DNA of 64,000 nucleotides from positions 13,401,045 to 13,465,044 of the forward strand of contig NC_092680.1 of assembly GCF_964355755.1 (NCBI RefSeq), given 5' to 3'. A program made the position numbers and the translations under genes. This DNA comes from Antedon mediterranea (Eukaryota > Animalia > Echinodermata). The notes below the pieces were generated by a model. It made no database searches. It was given only the letters and a program-made list of their open reading frames with translations, and was not told the DNA's origin. This document shows positions 58,575 through 64,000 of the stretch, piece after piece; positions within the stretch are counted from its first letter, which is position 1; every line of letters begins with the position of its first letter.

Positions 58575-61500
58575 TCCTGACAATAACAAGGGGTTATCCG
58601 CCAAGTGCGGATAACCAATAACAAGGGGTTATCCGCCAAGTGCGGATAACCAACTAGATTTGAACTCGTCACTACGGACGAGTTAGGTTATCCGCAGTCC
58701 TAAAGCCACGTGCACGTTATACGTTGGAATATTGCGCGCAGAAAAACGATTATGCCATTGAAAAAATGTGAGTGCGCTCTCTATTTTGTGTCACGTCAAA
58801 GTGTATACGGTATACACTATATACCGTATACGTACTACATACAGTTCAGAATAGGTGAAAATAAGTGACCAAAGTTATTGACGCTTTTGCACATGATGAC
58901 GTCATAACAATTTTTAAAATGGTGAATCATGCGAAAGATAATTGATTGACATAGACAATATAAAGAAATGGAGGGCAATGGAATACGGATAAGTGGAGAT
59001 GCGCTCTATGAAATGTGATGAGCTATACGAAAGAGAAAAAAATCCTATATTTTATATTCGAGTGGCCATACGATGACGTCACAATGTCCTGATAGCCATA
59101 TTGATACATGATTCGATATCTACAACTCATCTACTACCAGAATATGTAATTATAAAAAAGTTTACCACGTAGTTTAGAATCTATGACTGTTTAAAAAAAG
59201 GCATAATTTTGACAAATTTTTGGACTTTTTCATCAAAATTGCGCGCAAATTGTTTAATTCTACGTGCTCGTATAACGAGATTTTAAGGCAAAATTGATTG
59301 AAAATTGGTAAATATATTATAAAAGACAGAAAAAACAAAAATCAAGCAAAAAAAAGATGTTTTTGCGCTACGTGCGCACGGGCGCGTAAAAAAAGTGCGC
59401 ACGCGTGGGAATTTTTGAAATGCCCAAAATGACATGAAACGCGTAGAAAGTTGATTAGAAATTGATTTTTCGCAATTTGAAATTTTAAACGCGCGTGCGC
59501 GCGTAACTTTTTGTAAAACATGCCATTTTCTCTCCATAGAAAGTTAGCGCATAATATGACTTAAATTTTCACCAAGTTTCTATACAAAATGACTTTTAGT
59601 TTTTATTCTATGATCAATCATTGAAATTCATAAAATCGCGCGTAACTTACGCTGCGCGACTCAAAATTCATAAAAAAAAGTTTCTTGCACATCTACAGCT
59701 ACAGGGCAATCTTTTCACAAAGTTATACAACTTTATGTTGGCCAGAATTAGAGATACGCGACCAACAAAATTCGTGGAAAGAAAGAAGAATATAGAAAAA
59801 AAAAAAAAAGAAAAAAACTAGATTTGAACTCGTCACTACGGACGAGTTAGGTTATCCGCAGAGCAAACGCCACGTGCACGTCATACGTTAGAATATTGTG
59901 CAGAGAAAACCATTATGCCATTGAAAAAATGTTAGTGCGCTCTCTATTTTACCTCACGCCTAAGTATACACAGTATACACTATATATTGTATACGTACTA
60001 CATACAGTGAAGAATATGTGAAAATAAGTGGCCCAAGTTATTGACGCTTTTGGACATGATGACGTCATCACAATTTTAAAAACGATATATCATGCAAAAG
60101 ATAATTGATTGGCATAGACAATATAAAAAAATGGGGGGAAATGGAATTCGGATAAGTGGATATGCGCACTATTAAATGTGATGAGCTATGACGAAAGAGA
60201 CAAAAATCCTATATTTTATATTCGAGTGGCCATACGATGACGTCACTATGTCCTGTTAGCCATATCAATGCATGATTCGATATCTACAACTCATCAACTT
60301 CCAGAATGTGTAATTTAAAAAAAGTTCACCTCGTAGTTTACAATCTATGACTGTTTTAAAAAAGGCATAATTTTGACAAATTTTTGAACTTTTTCTTCAA
60401 AAACGCGCGCAAATTGTTCAATTCTACGTTCTTGTATGACGTGATTTTAAGTCGAAATTGATTGAAAGTTGGTAAATTTACTAGAAAAGGCTGAAAAAAC
60501 AAAAATCAAGCAAAAAAAAGATGTTTTTGCGCTACGTGCGCACGCGCGCGTAAAAAAAATGCGCACGCCTGGGAATTTTTGAAATGCTCAAAATGCCCTG
60601 AAACGCGTAGAAAGTTGATTAGAAATGGATATTTCGCAATTTGAAATTTTAAACGCGCGTGCGCGCGTAACTTTATGTCAAACATGCCATTTTTAATCCA
60701 TAGAAAGTTTGCGCATAATATAACTTAAATTTTCACGAAGTTTCAATAGAAAATGACTTTTGGTTTTCAATCTATGATCAATCATTGAAATTCATAAAAT
60801 CGCGCGTAACTTACGCTGCGCGACTCCAAATTCATAAAAAAAAGTTTCTTGCACATTTACAGCTACAGGGCAATCTTATGACAAAGTTATAGAATCTTAT
60901 GTTGACTAGAATTAGAGATACGCTGCGAACAAAAATCGTGGAAAGAAAGAAGAAAATAGAAAACTAGATTTGAACTCGTCACTACGGACGAGTTAGGTTA
61001 TCCGCAGCGCAAAAGCCACGTGCACGTCATACGTTAGAATAGTGCGCGCAAAAAAATAAAACGATTATGGCATTGAAAAATGTTAGTGCGCTCTCTATGT
61101 TGCGTCGCGTCTAAGTATATACGGTATAACACTATATACTGTATACGTACTACATACAGTGCAGAATAGGTGAAAATAAGAGACCAAAGTTATTGACGCA
61201 TTTGAACATGATGACGTCATCACAATTTTTAAAATGGTGGATCATGCGAAAGGTAATTGATTGATCTAGACAATATAAAAAAATTGAGTGAAATGGAATA
61301 AGGATAAGTAGAGATGCGCTCTATTAAATTGACGAGCTATGACGAAAGAGAAAAAAATCCTATATTTTATATTCGGGTGGCCATACGATGACGTCACAAT
61401 GTCTGGTTAGCCATATCAATGCAAGATTCGAGAAAAACAACTCATCTACTTCCAGAATCTGAAATTTTAAATATTTTCACCTCGGAGTTTAGAATCTATG

Positions 61501-64000
61501 ACTTTTTAAAAAAAGGCATAATTTTCACAAATTTTTGAACTTTTTCATCAAAAACGCGCGCAAATTGTTCAATTCTACGTGCTCGTATGACGTGATTTTA
61601 AGTCGAAATTGATTGAAAATTGGTAAATGTACTAGAAAAGGCTGAAAAAACAAAAATCAAGCAAAAAAAAGACGTTTTTGCACTACGTGCGCACGCGCGC
61701 GTAAAAAATATGCGCACGCCTGGGAATTTTTGAAATGCTCAAAATGACCTGAAACGCGTAGAAAGTTGATTAGAAATGAATTTTTCGCAATTTGAAATTT
61801 TAAACGCGCGTGCGCGCGTAACTTTATGTCAAACATGCCATTTTTAATCCATAGAAAGTTTGCCCTTGATATGACTTAAATGTTCACCAAGTGTCATTAC
61901 AAAATGACTTTTGCTTTTTAGTCTATGTTAAATACGCGAAATTCATAAAATCGCGCGTAGCTTACGCTGCGCGACTCTAAAGTAAAAAAACGAGCTGTCC
62001 TGCACTTCTACACATAGAGGTTAATCTTCTGACAAAGTTATACGATGTAATGTTGATCAGAATTTGAGATACACGTGACACAAAATTTTGGGAAAGAAAG
62101 AAGAATAACATAGAAAAAAAAAAAAAAGATCCTGACAATAACAAGAGGTTATCCGCCAAGAGCGGATAACCAACTAGATTTGAACTCGTCACTACGGACG
62201 AGTTAGGTTATCCGCAGTCCTAAAGCCACGTGCACGTCATACGTTGGAATATTGCGCGCAGAAAAACGATTCTGCCATTGAAAAAATGTGAGTGCGCTCT
62301 CTATTTTGTGTCACGTCAAAGTGTATACGGTATACGCTATATACCGTATACGTACTACATACAGTTCAGAATAGGTGAAAATAAGTGACCAAAGTTATTG
62401 ACGCTTTTGCACATGATGACGTCATAACAATTTTTAAAATGGTGAATCATGCGAAAGATAATTGATTGACATAGACAATATAAAGAAATGGAGGGCAATG
62501 GAATACGGATAAGTGGAGATGCGCTCTATTAAATGTGATGAGCTATACGAAAGAGAAAAAAATCCTATATTTTATATTCGAGTGGCCATACGATGACGTC
62601 ACAATGTCCTGATAGCCATATTGATACATGATTCGATATCTACAACTCATCTACTACCAGAATATGTAATTATAAAAAAGTTTACCACGTAGTTTAGAAT
62701 CTATGACTGTTTAAAAAAAGGCATAATTTTGACAAATTTTTGGACTTTTTCATCAAAATTGCGCGCAAATTGTTTAATTCTACGTGCTCGTATGACGAGA
62801 TTTTAAGGCAAAATTGATTGAAAATTGGTAAATATATTATAAAAGACAGAAAAAACAAAAATCAAGCAAAAAAAAGATGTTTTTGCGCTACGTGCGCACG
62901 GGCGCGTAAAAAAAGTGCGCACGCGTGGGAATTTTTGAAATGCTCAAAATGACATGAAACGCGTAGAAAGTTGATTAGAAATTGATTTTTCGCAATTTGA
63001 AATTTTAAACGCGCGTGCGCGCGTAACTTTTTGTAAAACATGCCATTTTCTCTCCATAGAAAGTTAGCGCATAATATGACTTAAATTTTCACCAAGTTTC
63101 TATACAAAATGATTTTTAGTTTTTATTCTATGATCAATCATTGAAATTCATAAAATCGCGCGTAACTTACGCTGCGCGACTCAAAATTCATAAAAAAAAG
63201 TTTCTTGCACATCTACAGCTACAGGGCAATCTTTTCACAAAGTTATACAACTTTATGTTGGCCAGAATTAGAGATACGCAGCGAACAAAATTCGTGGAAA
63301 GAAAGAAGAATATAGAAAAAAAAAAAAAAGAAAAAAAAAAAAAAGATCCTGACAATAACAAGAGGTTATCCGCCAAGTGCGGATAACCAAAAAAAGAGAA
63401 CTAGATTTGAACTCGTCACTTCGGACAAGTTAGGTTATCCGCAGCGCAAATGCCACGTGCACGTCATACGTTGGAATATTGCGGGCAGAAAAACGATTAT
63501 GCCATTGAAAAAATGTTAGTGCGCTCTCTATTTTGCGTCACGTCAAAGTATATACGGTATACACTATATTCTGTATACGTACTACATACAGTGCAGAATA
63601 GGTGAAAATAAAAGACCCTAGTTATTGACGCTTTTGGACATGATGACGTCATCACAATTTAAAAAATGGTAGATTATGCGAAAGATAATTGATTGGCCTA
63701 GACAATTATAACAAAATGGGGGGAAATGGAATACGGATAAGTAGAGATGTGCTCTATTAAATGTGATGAGCTATGCGAAAGAGAGAAAAATCCTATATTT
63801 TATATTCGAGTGGCCATACGAAGACGTCACAATGTCCGAATAGCCATATCGATGCATGATTCGATATCTACAACTCATCAACTTCCAGAATGTGTAATTT
63901 AAAAAAAGTTCACCACGTAGTTTATAACCTATGACTTTAAAAAAAAAAGCATAATTTTCACGAATTGTTTAACTTTTTCATCAAAAACACGCGCAAATTG
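47843..64000 (-). mobile_element. Array of 14 non-autonomous Helentron/HINE-like units (~1.15-1.26 kb), continuing beyond the window
   Basis: Units begin (+ strand) with actagatttgaactcgtcactacggacgagttaggttatccgca at 47843, 48997, 50151, 51375, 52598, 53750, 54965, 56181, 57394, 58653, 59817, 60963, 62173 and 63400. Read on the minus strand each has a 5' inverted repeat ggttatccgc-acttg-gcggataacc and T-tract, and a 3' subTIR tgcggataacc, hairpin aactcgtc/gacgagtt and CTAGT end. No coding capacity. Confidence 0.85.

Noticed and set aside
48184-63386. Many short ORFs in the tandem array
   Set aside because: They are low-complexity translations of non-coding repeat units and poly-A/T tracts, not conserved in frame between units; no Rep/Helicase motifs
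47843-64000. Array as 5S/tRNA/snRNA/histone gene cluster, retroposon series or CRISPR
   Set aside because: No recognisable RNA gene or histone ORF; the A-tract is internal to the unit and followed by an inverted-repeat cap; whole units are homologous, with no unique spacers

Overview
AT-rich metazoan (invertebrate) genomic DNA; no prokaryotic features. The only recognisable host gene is a complete 11-exon MAP2K1/2 (MEK1/2-type dual-specificity MAPK kinase) gene on the minus strand (ATG 39381, stop 9763; 1185-nt CDS, 394 aa, all GT-AG). Its intron positions and phases match vertebrate MAP2K1. The introns hold many nested transposons. Intron 5 (12.9 kb) contains a 4.4-kb foldback Academ element, itself carrying a LINE fragment. 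It also contains an internally deleted Gypsy LTR element with two Harbinger derivatives, each holding a CAAAG-ended MITE with a 7-bp TSD. Intron 2 has a multi-level MITE nest and intron 3 a 28-bp minisatellite. Upstream lie a DINE-1/HINE-like element, short tandem repeats and, from 47843 to the window end, an array of 14 diverged ~1.2-kb Helentron-like units with mosaic, apparently trimeric organisation. The most unusual observations are (i) an intronic copy of the kinase activation-loop coding segment whose 5 substitutions all fall at third codon positions, (ii) the hairpin-forming inverted duplication of Academ transposase sequence inside the transcribed intron (Mu-killer-like architecture), (iii) two parallel triple nestings and (iv) the self-nesting, higher-order Helentron array. 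All calls were read by eye without database searches.
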